A stretch of 64,000 nucleotides of DNA from Lama guanicoe (Eukaryota): positions 806,001-870,000 of the forward strand of contig MU053881.1 of assembly GCA_013239625.1 (NCBI GenBank), given 5' to 3'. The notes below the pieces were generated by a model. That model had not been told where the DNA came from. It saw nothing but the letters and a program-made list of their open reading frames with translations, and made no database searches. The position numbers and the translations under genes were made by a program. Positions 12,084 through 22,334 of this stretch are shown piece by piece; within the stretch, counting starts at the first letter, position 1; each line of letters starts with the position of its first letter.

Positions 12084-12553
12084 TGTAACCAAGCAGGACC
12101 CCGTGGGGCCTTCCAGGGTCAGACCCCTCCCCCGTCCTCTGCTGCAGCTCCTCTCTGAAGCACCCAGACAACAGTATCTCATGAGTATTTCCTGAGTTTT
12201 CCAGATGCTAAAAACCACCACCAAAGGAAAGAAATTAACTACTTGATGAGAGCCCATGGCCGCAGACCTTCTGGTGCCTGGGGGTTGATAGCGCTGATGC
12301 TCTGTTACCTCAGCATCAACCAGAGGACTGTGCACGAGCTGAGCACATATCCTGCGGTCGCCCTCCCTCACCTGGCCTTTAAACGTTCTTTGCTGAAACC
12401 CTTCCAGGAGTTTGGGGTTTTCTTGGTCATGAGCCACCCTGATCTCCTTATTAAGCCCTGCAATAAACATTTCTCTGCTCCAAACTTTGATATTTTGGTT
12501 TGTTTGGCCTCATGGTGCGGCAGGCACACGAACACCTCAGCTTTGTGAGAAAC
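12084..12553 (+). mobile_element. Solo ERV LTR, same family as 5072-5542
   Basis: Starts tgtaaccaagcaggacccc, has tttaaa and AATAAA (~12462), and is colinear with the reverse complement of 5072-5542. The 3' boundary is approximate. Confidence 0.85.
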
Positions 12554-12561
12554 AAAGTTTC

Positions 12562-13629
12562 TGTGGGAAGGTGATGTCTGATTTCCTGATTATAGAGAAG
12601 GTGGTGGGGTGGTCACCTCGCGCCGGGCAGGAAAGCCCCTGGCTGATGTGCACAGGGGCTTGGAGCTAGGTCCTTGGGCTCACCTGCCCGCCCTGGGGTC
12701 CAGGGAAAGGGACCACGTCCCCTTGTGCCCAGGTGCCCAGAGAGGGACTCCCACCCAGCTGGATGGCACTTGGAATAGACGCATGTAACTTGTAACTCTG
12801 ATCGAAAGCACCCAGCAGAAGCGTCAGGAGACTCCAGCCTCCATTGCAACGGGGGTGATTCAGCCCTCCTTAGGCGTCCCACTGGGGAACAGTTGTCAAT
12901 GGGCGGCTTTTACAAGCTCCAACTTGGGTGTTCCTTATCTGTTGCAGGGAGTTTGGGGGAAGCCCAGAGACTCTTGAGAGCAGAGTGAGTAAAATTGCCA
13001 GAACCTTTCCAGTAGCCCTGCCCTGCGCCACCATCTAGATGAAGGAGGATTAATAAAAAAGCCGCGTTTAGGCTAGCGGATTGCTTATTTTTATGCTTGC
13101 CCTTAAACTGGCCAACAGACCTGACTGACTGGTTGCTGCAGCTCCAGGCCCATTGTTAAACTACAGCTGTTAATTTTGCCATTTCCGCTTTATTCCAGTA
13201 ATTGAAAGGGACAATTATGCTTGATCTCTGAGTTGTTCTCCAGGGAGAAGGTCACAGAATTGTAACCTTACAAAATAGCCTAAATTGCCAAGAAGATCAT
13301 GCCTTGGGCACTTATAAGATAAGGAGATCTAGAGAGCGACAACCACTGGCTTCTATGGACTTGGTCACTTGGAGACACCGTGACGCCACTCTGAGTCTTA
13401 GGAGAAGAAAATGATTCTGTTGACTGTTATCGATGCTTTACTGTTTGAGCTATGGCTGCATAATGGCCCTGCCCCATCCCCAGGAGGGCTCACAGTTCTG
13501 AAGGCACCAGCCTGCTGTGAGACCCCTTTGCCTGGCAAAGCAGTAAAGCTGCCTCTTTTCCACTAAGCTCCAAGAGCCTGGCTCTGAGTTATCTGGCTCG
13601 TCAGGGACGGGGCTGATCTTTCAGCCACA
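12562..13629 (+). mobile_element. Large solo ERV LTR (ERV1-like)
   Basis: TGTGG...CCACA termini; U5-like end 'cccctttgcctggcaaagcagtaaagctg...ggggctgatctttcagccaca'. The 5' boundary is less certain. Confidence 0.65.
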
Positions 13630-14509
13630 TAGATAATTAAGGCTGATTGGCTAAATTGTATTTCACTTTTCCAGAACAGCCATATATATGTAGCTGTGAG
13701 AAAATGAGATTTAAATATAAACTCCTTGATAACTTGTCCCAGAATTGCTAACAATGAGCCTTAAATGGATTTTGATTTGTGAAGAAGATAACATAGCAAA
13801 GCTCAAAAAGAAGCCTCTCAGAGGGGCCACAGGGAGGTGACCAGCCCATGTGGGGCCCCAGAAGAGCGCTGGGCCCTGGGGCAGAAGCTCCTCTAGAAGT
13901 CCGGCAGGCCGGGCAGAGGGGGAGGGGGGCAAAGCCCCCCACCTCCGCCCAGAGAGCCCCCACTACCCGCCGGTGCGCCTTGTCCCCAGTCCCCACCTAG
14001 CCAGCTACTCTGAGAACTTCAGGGTGGCCCTGCCACCCACGGTGTCCTGGATCTGCAGGCTCAGTGCCATCCCTCTGTGAATAAAGTGGGTGATTTTTGG
14101 AAATCTCCTTCCAAAAGTCCCCAGGATGTCAGTGCGGGAATCCCCAGCCACAGCCCGCTGGGCCATAGTGCACATCTGTCACCTGGGCTGGTGTTCTTGG
14201 TGCAGGCGATGGAACAGGCTTCCAGCACCTTCTCGGCCCTGCTGCTGCCAAGTGCCTTTGGCTCGGAGGTCCACAAGGATCAGATGGTTGTCACAACCAC
14301 CTGTGACCAGCTGGTAGCCCAGTTCCGTTAAGGCCTCCGCCAGAGCCCTGCAGTGGCCACCACCGGCGCCCATAGACTGAATTCCGGAGGAACGGCCTGC
14401 CTCAGAGCCACGGCGCCCTGAAATTTTAATATCTATGGTTCAGTTTTAAATATTTCTTAATTTGCTTTCTGCTAAGAGTAATTTAGTAATGTATTATGTA
14501 CTTTCCAAT

Positions 14510-14660
14510 CTTTCTTTTTCCTTTTCTTTTTTCCTTCCAGCCCCCTCCTTCCTCTCTCCTTCTCTTCTTCCCTCCCTCCCCCCTCACTCTCTCCGTCTCT
14601 CCCTTCCCTCCCTCTCTCCTTTCCTCTCTCTCTTCCTTCTTCTGTCTCTTTATTTCTTTC
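14510..14660 (+). repeat. CT-rich low-complexity tract
   Basis: Polypyrimidine (cttc/ctct/ccct)n seen directly. Confidence 0.9.
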
Positions 14661-15275
14661 CAATTTCCATTATGGTTGGAGAACACAGTTGGTACAATAT
14701 TGAATTTACTGGATTTATTCAAGTGTCCTTTAAGGTGCAATTTTATGTTTAATTCTTATAAATATTCTGAATGTGCTTGAAAGTTATATGATTCTGTTTG
14801 TGGTGGATGTAGATACATGCACACGCACACATTTAACAACACTGTGCAGGTCTTTCACATCTCTGCTGTTCTTATCTGCTGGCTTCACTGGTTTCTGAGA
14901 GAGGTATGTTAAAATGATTGATTCAGCTATTACCTCCTACGGTTCTGTCAGTTTCTGGGAATGTATGCTAGCATTACTGACTTACTGTTTCTCTTAAAAA
15001 TTCTTCCCGTTGTGGCTTGCCTTAACTTGAGAGGCTAAGTTTTAGGCCAAATACATCTGTGTGAATATATGTTTTTTCTATTAGGGTAAATGTGTATGCA
15101 ATTTTGCTAAATATCATCAGTTTCTGCTCCACAGGTTTATACAATGTTGCCTTCCTACTCAAAGTATGTGAAAGTGATGGTTTCCCCAAAACCCTGCCAG
15201 TAGGGTGTATGGTCAAGTTTTTAGATTTTTAATTAATTAATTTTATTTTTTAAAAATTTAAAAAACTTAAACAAG

Positions 15276-15401
15276 TTTTTTTTGTGGGAAGGTAATTAGA
15301 TTAATTAAGTAATTTTTTAGCAGAGGTGCTGGGGGTTGAACCCAGGACCTCATGCATGCATGCTAGGCATGTGCTCTACCACTGAGCTCTATCCTCTCCC
15401 C
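15276..15401 (-). mobile_element. tRNA-Ala-derived SINE (camelid Vic-1-like)
   Basis: Reverse complement GGGGAGAGGATAGAGCTCAGTGGTAGAGCACATGCCTAGCATGC...GGGTTCAACCCCCAGCACCTC, with A/B boxes and a 'taattacc' tail. Confidence 0.85.
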
Positions 15402-15477
15402 AACTTTTCAGATTTCTTGTTACCATAATGGGTGAGAAATTATTTATATCTCAATGCAGTTTTAACTTGCATTCTGC

Positions 15478-15592
15478 TTTTTTTGGGAGGGTGTAATTAG
15501 GTTTTTATTTAATTTATGGAGGTACTGGGGATTGAACGCAGGAGTTTGTGCATGCTAAGCACGCGCTCTACCGCTGAGCCATACCCTCCCCC
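15478..15592 (-). mobile_element. tRNA-Ala-derived SINE (Vic-1-like)
   Basis: Reverse complement GGGGAGGGTATGGCTCAGCGGTAGAGCGCGTGCTTAGCATGCAC...TTCAATCCCCAGTACCTCC. Confidence 0.9.
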
Positions 15593-15884
15593 CTTAACTT
15601 GCATTCCTCTTATTCCAGGTTGGGTTGAGTTTTTTTTTCATGGATTTGAGTGCTATTTCCACTTCTTTCTCTGTGATCTGTCTCTTCATTTCTTCTGTCC
15701 ATTTCTCTACTGGGTTGTTGATTTTTTTCTTTTCAATATTTAGAAGATCTTCATATACTAAGCATAATAATCCTCTGTATTATAAATTCTCATTCATCTT
15801 TTCACTGTGTGATGGTTTTTGGAAGTAAGTTCCACTTGATTATTATTACTATTCTTTATTTATTTTTATTTATTTATTTATTTT

Positions 15885-15998
15885 TGTAGGAGGAGGTAAT
15901 TAGGTTTATTTATTTGTTTTTATTGGAGGTACTGGGGATTGAACCCAGGACCTTGCGCATGCTAAGCATGCACTCTATCACTGAGCTCTACCCTCCCC
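15885..15998 (-). mobile_element. tRNA-Ala-derived SINE (Vic-1-like)
   Basis: Same tRNA-like head and AT-rich 'aaacctaattacc' tail. Confidence 0.9.
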
Positions 15999-16084
15999 CA
16001 CTATTCTTTAAATAGAATGGTGGATTCTATTTACTAATATTTTATTTAGAAATTTTGCATTTGGTCTGTAAGGAGGTTTCTTTT

Positions 16085-16160
16085 CTACTCTTCCTTCCTT
16101 CTTTCCTTCTTTCTTTTCTCTTTTTCTTTCCTTCTCTCCTTCCATCTATCTTCCTTTTTA
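16085..16160 (+). repeat. (CTTC/CTTT)n microsatellite
   Basis: Seen directly. Confidence 0.85.
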
Positions 16161-16219
16161 AAAACATATCCTTGTTTGTCTAGTTCCGGTGTCATGATTA
16201 TGGCAGCCTCCAACAATAA

Positions 16220-16916
16220 CGTGGTCAGGGAAGGCAAATTCATACCCCACATGTGTGTCTGTCTCTGTGAGGGCAATTCGCTGTCCCCTCCATGATAGAA
16301 GTGCCCAGTTTAACCACCTTGAGTGGGCTGGGTGGTCCCCGTGTTGCATCTGCCTTTGGCAGGGTGGGCACTCGGCAGCAGCCGTGGCCAGAGCAGCCTC
16401 TATGAAGGGAAGTCCACACAAGAGCCTCCCCCTTGCTTCCATGGCCACTTTGTGTCCAGACCTGATGAACACGTACTGGGTGCTGGGGAAGTGGCTGACT
16501 GACATCACAGAAGGGTCGTGAGAACATTCTCTGCAGTGGGTGGATGCTGCCTTCTGGGTCGTCTGCTTCTTTCCAAGTCCCTAGTCAGCTGGCCAGTCTG
16601 TTAGCCACGGCCCATGGACCACTGCCACATCAAGGGCCATCTTTCCTTCCAGACAACGTGGACCACCAGGTGCTCGCACCAGCCTACTGTGCTTTTTCCT
16701 CTTCATTTCGTGGTCCTGGGGAATCCCCATGAGGCATAGTAGCAAAGCAGGAGGGCTGGTCCTGTGGGATCTGATCCACAGAAAATTTATTTGGACTTTC
16801 TGAAGCCACTTAGACCTACCTAGCATATACCACTTCCATGGGACAGTGGACTGCTTCTGGGCACACCCACTTTTATGATTTGGTAGATCGGCTGGTACCC
16901 AGTTCTTAACAGGCAA
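16220..16916 (-). mobile_element. ERV-L internal pol remnant (connection/RNase H to integrase)
   Basis: Minus peptides WVPADLPNHKSGCAQKQSTVPWKWYM, GLPFIEAALATAAAECPPCQRQ (integrase CxxC) and ALTETDTHVGYEFAFP (first catalytic Asp region) resemble ERV-L Pol; frameshifted. Confidence 0.85.
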
Positions 16917-17319
16917 TTTGGTGTAATTATTTCATAAAGCAGATTATGTTTTTAATTAGATTTTTCATTTGCTGGTATTTCTTGTACATTTTGTCTTCTC
17001 CTATCTTGAGGTCATTATTCTAATTTAATTTCCATGTTCATGAGAATATCCTTGAATTATTTCCTCAGTGGATTTTATGAGAAATATGTTAGCAGTGTGA
17101 TTTTCTTTGGCAACTATTCTGTTCTTTCTTTCTGGAAGCTTCTAAGATTTCCTTTTGATCATCATAGTTCAAAAACTTATAGAAAATGTCTGTATTTGTG
17201 ATTTTAAAATCAAACTCTGCCAGTACTTAGGCTAGCATTTTCAACAGGAAAATTCATGTTTTTTTTTTCAGAAAAGGGAAGTTTTCATGCATTGTATCTT
17301 ATAGATGGATGAGGTAACT

Positions 17320-17660
17320 GCATCGGTCAGGCTAGGCTAGGCTTCTGCCTTGGTAACAAACAGCTCCCAAATCCCAGTGGCTGGACACACGGAAATTAAT
17401 TGCTCAATCATATGAAGTTTGTTGCAGGTCTGGGCCCGTTTCCAGGACATCTGTCTTTCATAGAGTGATTCAGAGATCAGGCTGCTTTGGTTTTTTTTGG
17501 TCCCACACACCAACATGAGGGTTTCTCCAAATAGCTGCAGCAGGAAAAAAGACAGCTGGAGAGCTGTGTGCCAGGCTTTGCTGGGAAGTGACCCGTCTCC
17601 TGCTCACAGCCTGTTGGCCAGAGCCAGGCACATATGGTCTTCTACTTGCTGGGAAGAGGT
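17320..17660 (-). mobile_element. MLT1-type MaLR LTR remnant
   Basis: 'ggtaacaaacagctcccaaatcccagtggct' and 'gttggccagagccaggcacatatgg'. Confidence 0.6.
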
Positions 17661-17679
17661 GGGAGGGGAATGGATGAGT

Positions 17680-18280
17680 GAAGTCACCAAGGAAGCGAGG
17701 TAGATAGAGGGGGAAAGAAGGTCATGGAGAAGAGGAAGAGCCAACAAAAGAGACAGGGAAAAAGTGATGTTCAAGGAGGTGGGAAGAGGACTGGGACGTG
17801 TATCCTGGAAGCCAAGGAGGAGACTGTTACTGGGAGGAAGGAGTGAGCAAGATGGGGCAGTCAGATGAGGACAGGCTGTGGGATCTAGGTGGAAATGATC
17901 TGCAACTTGAGGACAGCAATTTATCAGAGCGGTGTGCAAAAGCCTGGCTGCAGTTAGTCAGAGAGAGATGAGGTGGGGAGGAATTAGGAATTCGAGACAG
18001 GCATAGACAGGCAATGGGGCAGGTGCTGGCGGGGAAGTAGGTTCAGGACAAGGGTGTTTCTGCTGGTTCTTTTCAGCTGGGGAGGAAAGAGCATTTTTAT
18101 TTGCTGTTGAAGAAGATCTTATAGAGTGAAAACTGATGATGTGGGGAGAGAGAGGGGAGTGCTGTTGGAGCAGTGCCCTTGAGTGGCTGTGGGTGGCAGC
18201 CTGGACAGCCCGTCTCAGGTCCTGGTTAAGGTTCATCAAGAGAGTTCAAGGAAGAGAGAGGGGCAGGTGTTTGGGGTTTG
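17680..18280 (-). mobile_element. L2 LINE fragment
   Basis: Purine-rich 'tcctggaagccaaggaggagactgt...ggaaggagtg...gtcagatgaggac' typical of antisense L2. Confidence 0.55.
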
Positions 18281-18687
18281 GGCAAGGGGGTGATGGTTAT
18301 GATAATGTTAGCTCTTCTTTTTGACCTTTGGGATCATAAATTATGTTGCCAGCAGCATACATTTTATTTTTCATTACCTCTACTGAATTTTATCACCTGC
18401 ATATATGTATTTATATTACATATATGTAAATAAAATAAATAACAGTATTAAAAATAAAATGTAAGTATAAAATATACAAATATGTAGAAATGTATGAGTT
18501 AAAAAATAAGTTAAAATTATAATAAAAATCTAAAAAATTATTGTGATGAAAACTCTTAAGGAGAGTCAAGAAGATACTACAAAGAAACAATGAGAAAAAC
18601 AAAGATTTTGGAATTTACCTATTCCAGATCCATAGCTAATCTTTATTGACACATCTATCTCCCTAAGGGTGTTTCTCTCAATACTGT

Positions 18688-18832
18688 TTTTTGGGAAGGG
18701 GATGGTAATTAGGTTTGTTTATTTATTTTTTTATTTATTTTATAATTTATTTATTTAAATAGAGGTACCAGGGATTGAACGCAGGGCCTTGTGCGTGCCA
18801 GGCACACACTCTACCACTGAGCTATGCCCTCC
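18688..18832 (-). mobile_element. tRNA-Ala-derived SINE (Vic-1-like)
   Basis: tRNA-like head with A/B boxes and AT-rich tail. Confidence 0.85.
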
Positions 18833-19746
18833 TGCCATCTCAGTGCTAGTTTTGTTTCCTCTGTAAAGTTTGCCTCTCCTGGAGCCCCTGCCCTGATGGT
18901 GGCCTCTGTCCCCTTCCCCCCAGCCACGGGGTCCTTTGTACCAGTGCTGCTCCATGTGGTCCTGGACCACACCTGGGAGGTTTGGGGGAAGGCAGATTCC
19001 CAGGCTCTGCCCATGACCCCAGGAATCAAATCTATGGGGGTGGGGCCCAGGAACGTGCAAATTCACTAGCTCCCCGGGGATTCTGTTGAGAACTGCTGCT
19101 TCTATGCCATTGGCCTTTGCTTTCCTACTCAGGTCCGGGATGTGGGCCCCTCCAGACCTGCACTGGTCGAGATGGGGGGGGTCTCGGCCGGCTGCCCTGG
19201 GGAGCTGGCCTGAGGCACAGGAACTAGTCCTTCCTTCTCTAGGGATGTGGGGGCGAGAGAATGGTGGGCAAGCTGGCCCACAAAGATCCGGCTCCCCATT
19301 TCTCGGGTTCTCCATGTGCATATTTTGTGTTGAGTTGGTACCCAGCCAGCCCCATGCGTGTTAATTACTGTTCTCACCTCACTGTGGTCCCTGGGGGCCT
19401 CCCAGGCCTCTTTCTGGGCCCAACAAAGGGAGGACGCTGAAGTCCCAGACCCAGAGAGAACTCAAAGTCAGCTGAGTTTCTACATGGGTTTAAAGCACTC
19501 ACAGCAGAGGAAAGACTAATTTGAAAACCAAGGGACATTTGATTTGCTTAGGCTAGCCCTGAAGGACTCTGTCTAAACATTTTTCCACGTGGAGAACTGA
19601 GTGGGGAAGATTGCTGGTTGAGGAAGGAGCTGAGAGATGTGTCCACTGGCTTGGAGCCTGGGTGGGCTGTGTGTGGGGCTGTGTGCAGGGTTGTGTGCGT
19701 GTCTGTGTGCATGTCCGTGTGCGCGTCCAAGAAGGGCCATAATGAA

Positions 19747-19864
19747 GGAGGGTGTATCTCAAATGGTAGAGCACATACTTAGCATGCATGAGGTCTTGTG
19801 TTCAACCCCCAGTACCTCCTCTAAAAAGAAATAAACCTAATTAATTTACCCCCCTAAAAAAAAA
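19747..19864 (+). mobile_element. tRNA-Ala-derived SINE (Vic-1-like) with TSD
   Basis: GGAGGGTGTATCTCAAATGGTAGAGCACATACTTAGCATGCATGAGG...; direct repeat aagaagggccat at 19729-19740 and 19868-19879. Confidence 0.9.
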
Positions 19865-20599
19865 TTGAAGAAGGGCCATGAGCCTGGAAAGTGGGCTGGC
19901 CGCAGGGGCCCAGCACCCCAGCACCCCAGAGGCTGCGGGCAGGGAGACCAGCTGCACACCCTGGGTCTTTTGAGGTAGACTCTCAGGGTCGCTCTCAGCA
20001 GTGACAAAATCACACACAGTGCGTCCCCTCCCTGCAGGTGGCCACAGTTGGGGGTGGGCTTTGGTGGATGCTGGTGGGCATAGACGCCAGCCCATTGTGT
20101 GATGCTTGGGAGGGTGCCGGAGGACTGGGACTAAGTACGGATCTCCCTGGAGCTGGGGAGCCACCGGAGGAGAGGGGGACCAGGGTGGGGTGGATCTGCA
20201 GGAAATGTCTGAGTTACTATAGACGAGACTGAGTTTTCCTTCAGAGGACTAGATGGAGTGTACAGAAACTGGAATCAGAAATTCAAATTGTGTTAAGAAA
20301 AACAGAGAGTTATGATTTGAACATGTGACTTTGAGAATTTGTACTTGTGTTTATTATACTTGAACCTGACAGTATTTTGCATGGTGTCCACGAGGTGCTA
20401 GTTAATTTCTTTCCAGTGATGCACAAGGCCTAGGTGTGTGCACACACCCCAGCGGAAAGGGTGATGGAGAAGAGAAAATGCCCAGGTGATGCTGTCATAC
20501 TGTTTTCATTCAGAAATTTGTTTGCCTTTTCACACATTTGAAATCACCCCATATAGATGATTTTTATGACTTAGAGGTAATCGTTAGTACAAGATGATT

Positions 20600-20790
20600 A
20601 AACTCCTCATTGATCAGAAGACCCAGGTATGAATCCTGGGCCCAGCACTCACTAGATGTGGAACCTTCAGCAAGTGCTTCACCTCCGAGAGTCTTCCTTG
20701 TCACTGGAAGTAATGCCTGATTCACGAAGCTAGTGGGAGCAATGAATGTCTCTTGAGGACTTGCACCTCCCTGGGGCTGTGCTGGGCAAT
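20600..20790. mobile_element. MIR SINE remnant
   Basis: 'gacccaggtatgaatcctggg...cactcactagatgtggaaccttcagcaagtgcttcacctc' is the MIR core. Confidence 0.65.
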
Positions 20791-20871
20791 TTAATAGATG
20801 TTTTCTAAACAGCAAAGCACAGGTGCAGAAGACGGTGAAAGAGTAAGTCTGCTCTCCCGTGTCTATAAAAA

Positions 20872-21050
20872 TTTTTTTTATTGAAGTATAGTATAGTATT
20901 ACAGTGTGTTAATTTCTGGTGTATAACACAGTGATTCAGTTACACACACATACACATTCCTCTTCGCCTTCTTTTTCATTATAGGTTGTTACAAGGTATT
21001 GAATAAAGTTCCCTGTGCTAGATGGTGGGACCTTGCTGGTTCCCATGTAC
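20872..21050 (-). mobile_element. Young L1 3' terminus
   Basis: 'ttttttattgaagtatag...ttccctgtgct...ggaccttgctg'. Confidence 0.8.
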
Positions 21051-21057
21051 AAGTCCT

Positions 21058-21355
21058 ACACACACATCGCACGCACACAACACACGCACTGCAGCAGTAC
21101 ACACTGGGGGCACACATACCACACACAAGCACACACCACACGCGCACGTGCATGCACACACAGACACCACACCCATACGTGCACACACAATAAATACACG
21201 TACACACCACCACACACGTGCACATGCCACAGCCCCACATCTCACCCACCCACACACTTCTATCACAGGCACACACATCACACACGTGACTCATATGAAC
21301 ACATATGCACAAACCCTACCGCACACGTACACACACTCCATGCACACGCACATGC
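21058..21355 (+). repeat. Degenerate (CA)n repeat
   Basis: Seen directly. Confidence 0.95.
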
Positions 21356-21699
21356 GGTCACCAGGAATTGCAATAATTAGAGGTACCACCAGGGGGCATC
21401 TTGACACTTTTATTCAGGAATTTTTACTTCTCTGTTTATATAGTTGTGATTATACTCTATTCGTCGTTCTCAATGTGCAGCCAAAACTATTTTCATAATG
21501 ATACTAAGATGTCATTTGCTTTCTTTCAATTAAAAAATTTATTTATGTATTATTTTATTTTTCATTTTTAATTGAGGTATAGACCGTTTACAATGTTGTG
21601 TCAGTTTCTGGTGTACAGCGCAATTCTTCAATCATACATGAATATATATACATTCATTTTCATATTTTATTTATTATTATTTTTTTCACTGTTTCTCCC

Positions 21700-22052
21700 A
21701 GGAGTATTCAGTGGAACTTTCCAGAGACTACACTATGCGTGAAGCAGATCTGAGAATCCAGCCGTCTTCTACTAAGCCAGACATTAGAGATTTGTACATG
21801 GAAAATACCGCCACTCTTCTCGCTGAGTTTTTAGAAGATATAGCTATTTTTCATTAAAATGTTACGTTAACATGCAATGGGTTTATTATTGCTATTTAAG
21901 AATAAAACATTTCAAAATCTCAGTTTTACTATCTAACACAGTTAAAATCGACAGATTCAACTCGCATAAACAAAAGTTCTTTAGGAGGGTCTGAAACACA
22001 TTTGTTTTTAAAGAGTATAGAGGTTTTTGGAGGCAAAAATGTTTGACAATCG
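21700..22052 (+). mobile_element. hAT-Charlie (Charlie1-like) DNA transposon 3' end
   Basis: 'gaagcagatctgagaatccagccgtcttctactaagccagacattagagatttg' through 'aaaatgtttgacaa'; similar to 59085-59423. Confidence 0.7.
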
Positions 22053-22334
22053 TTGTTCGATATGTAGTCACACGTCCGGGATACATATCAAGGTTTTTCT
22101 TTTATTATAAATTTATACAGGACCAACACACTACAGAGGAAGAGAAAATCACTTTTAAAAAATACATTTCATTTCTTGTTGCCAATCAAAAATAAATTCC
22201 ATATATTGTTTAGCAAATGTCATTGTGACAAAAGGTAACAAGAAAATTTCCCGAGAGTCAAATTCCCCCAAATGCCAAAATCAATCACAAAAATATACAA
22301 ATTAAGATCTTATGCAAAATCAGTACGAGTTACC

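Larger units (their letters stand above)
11922..14420 (-). pseudogene. SHMT1: 5'-truncated processed pseudogene of cytosolic serine hydroxymethyltransferase (coding remnant ~13893-14418, plus 3' UTR and probable poly(A))
   Basis: Frameshifted minus-strand peptides [83 protein letters not shown] and a terminal ...PGLPDF* (TAG at 13893-13895) match the SHMT1 C-terminus with no introns. 3' UTR-like sequence continues to ~13630. Assignment of 11922-12083 (AATAAA at 11953-11958, T-tract 11922-11934) to the same retrocopy is inference. Confidence 0.9.

Noticed and set aside
5072..12553. Possible provirus bounded by two LTRs
   Set aside because: The LTRs are in opposite orientation and the interval has no PBS/gag/pol/env, only older repeats.
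13893..14430. Functional SHMT1 exon(s), given an acceptor-like 'tttcag' at the 5' end on the minus strand
   Set aside because: Frameshifts, no introns across a multi-exon region, and the upstream flank is old L1 sequence; the AG is best explained as the truncation junction.
15478..15592. tRNA-Ala genes (this and similar copies)
   Set aside because: Diverged stems, a shared non-tRNA tail and TSDs on several copies show these are SINEs.
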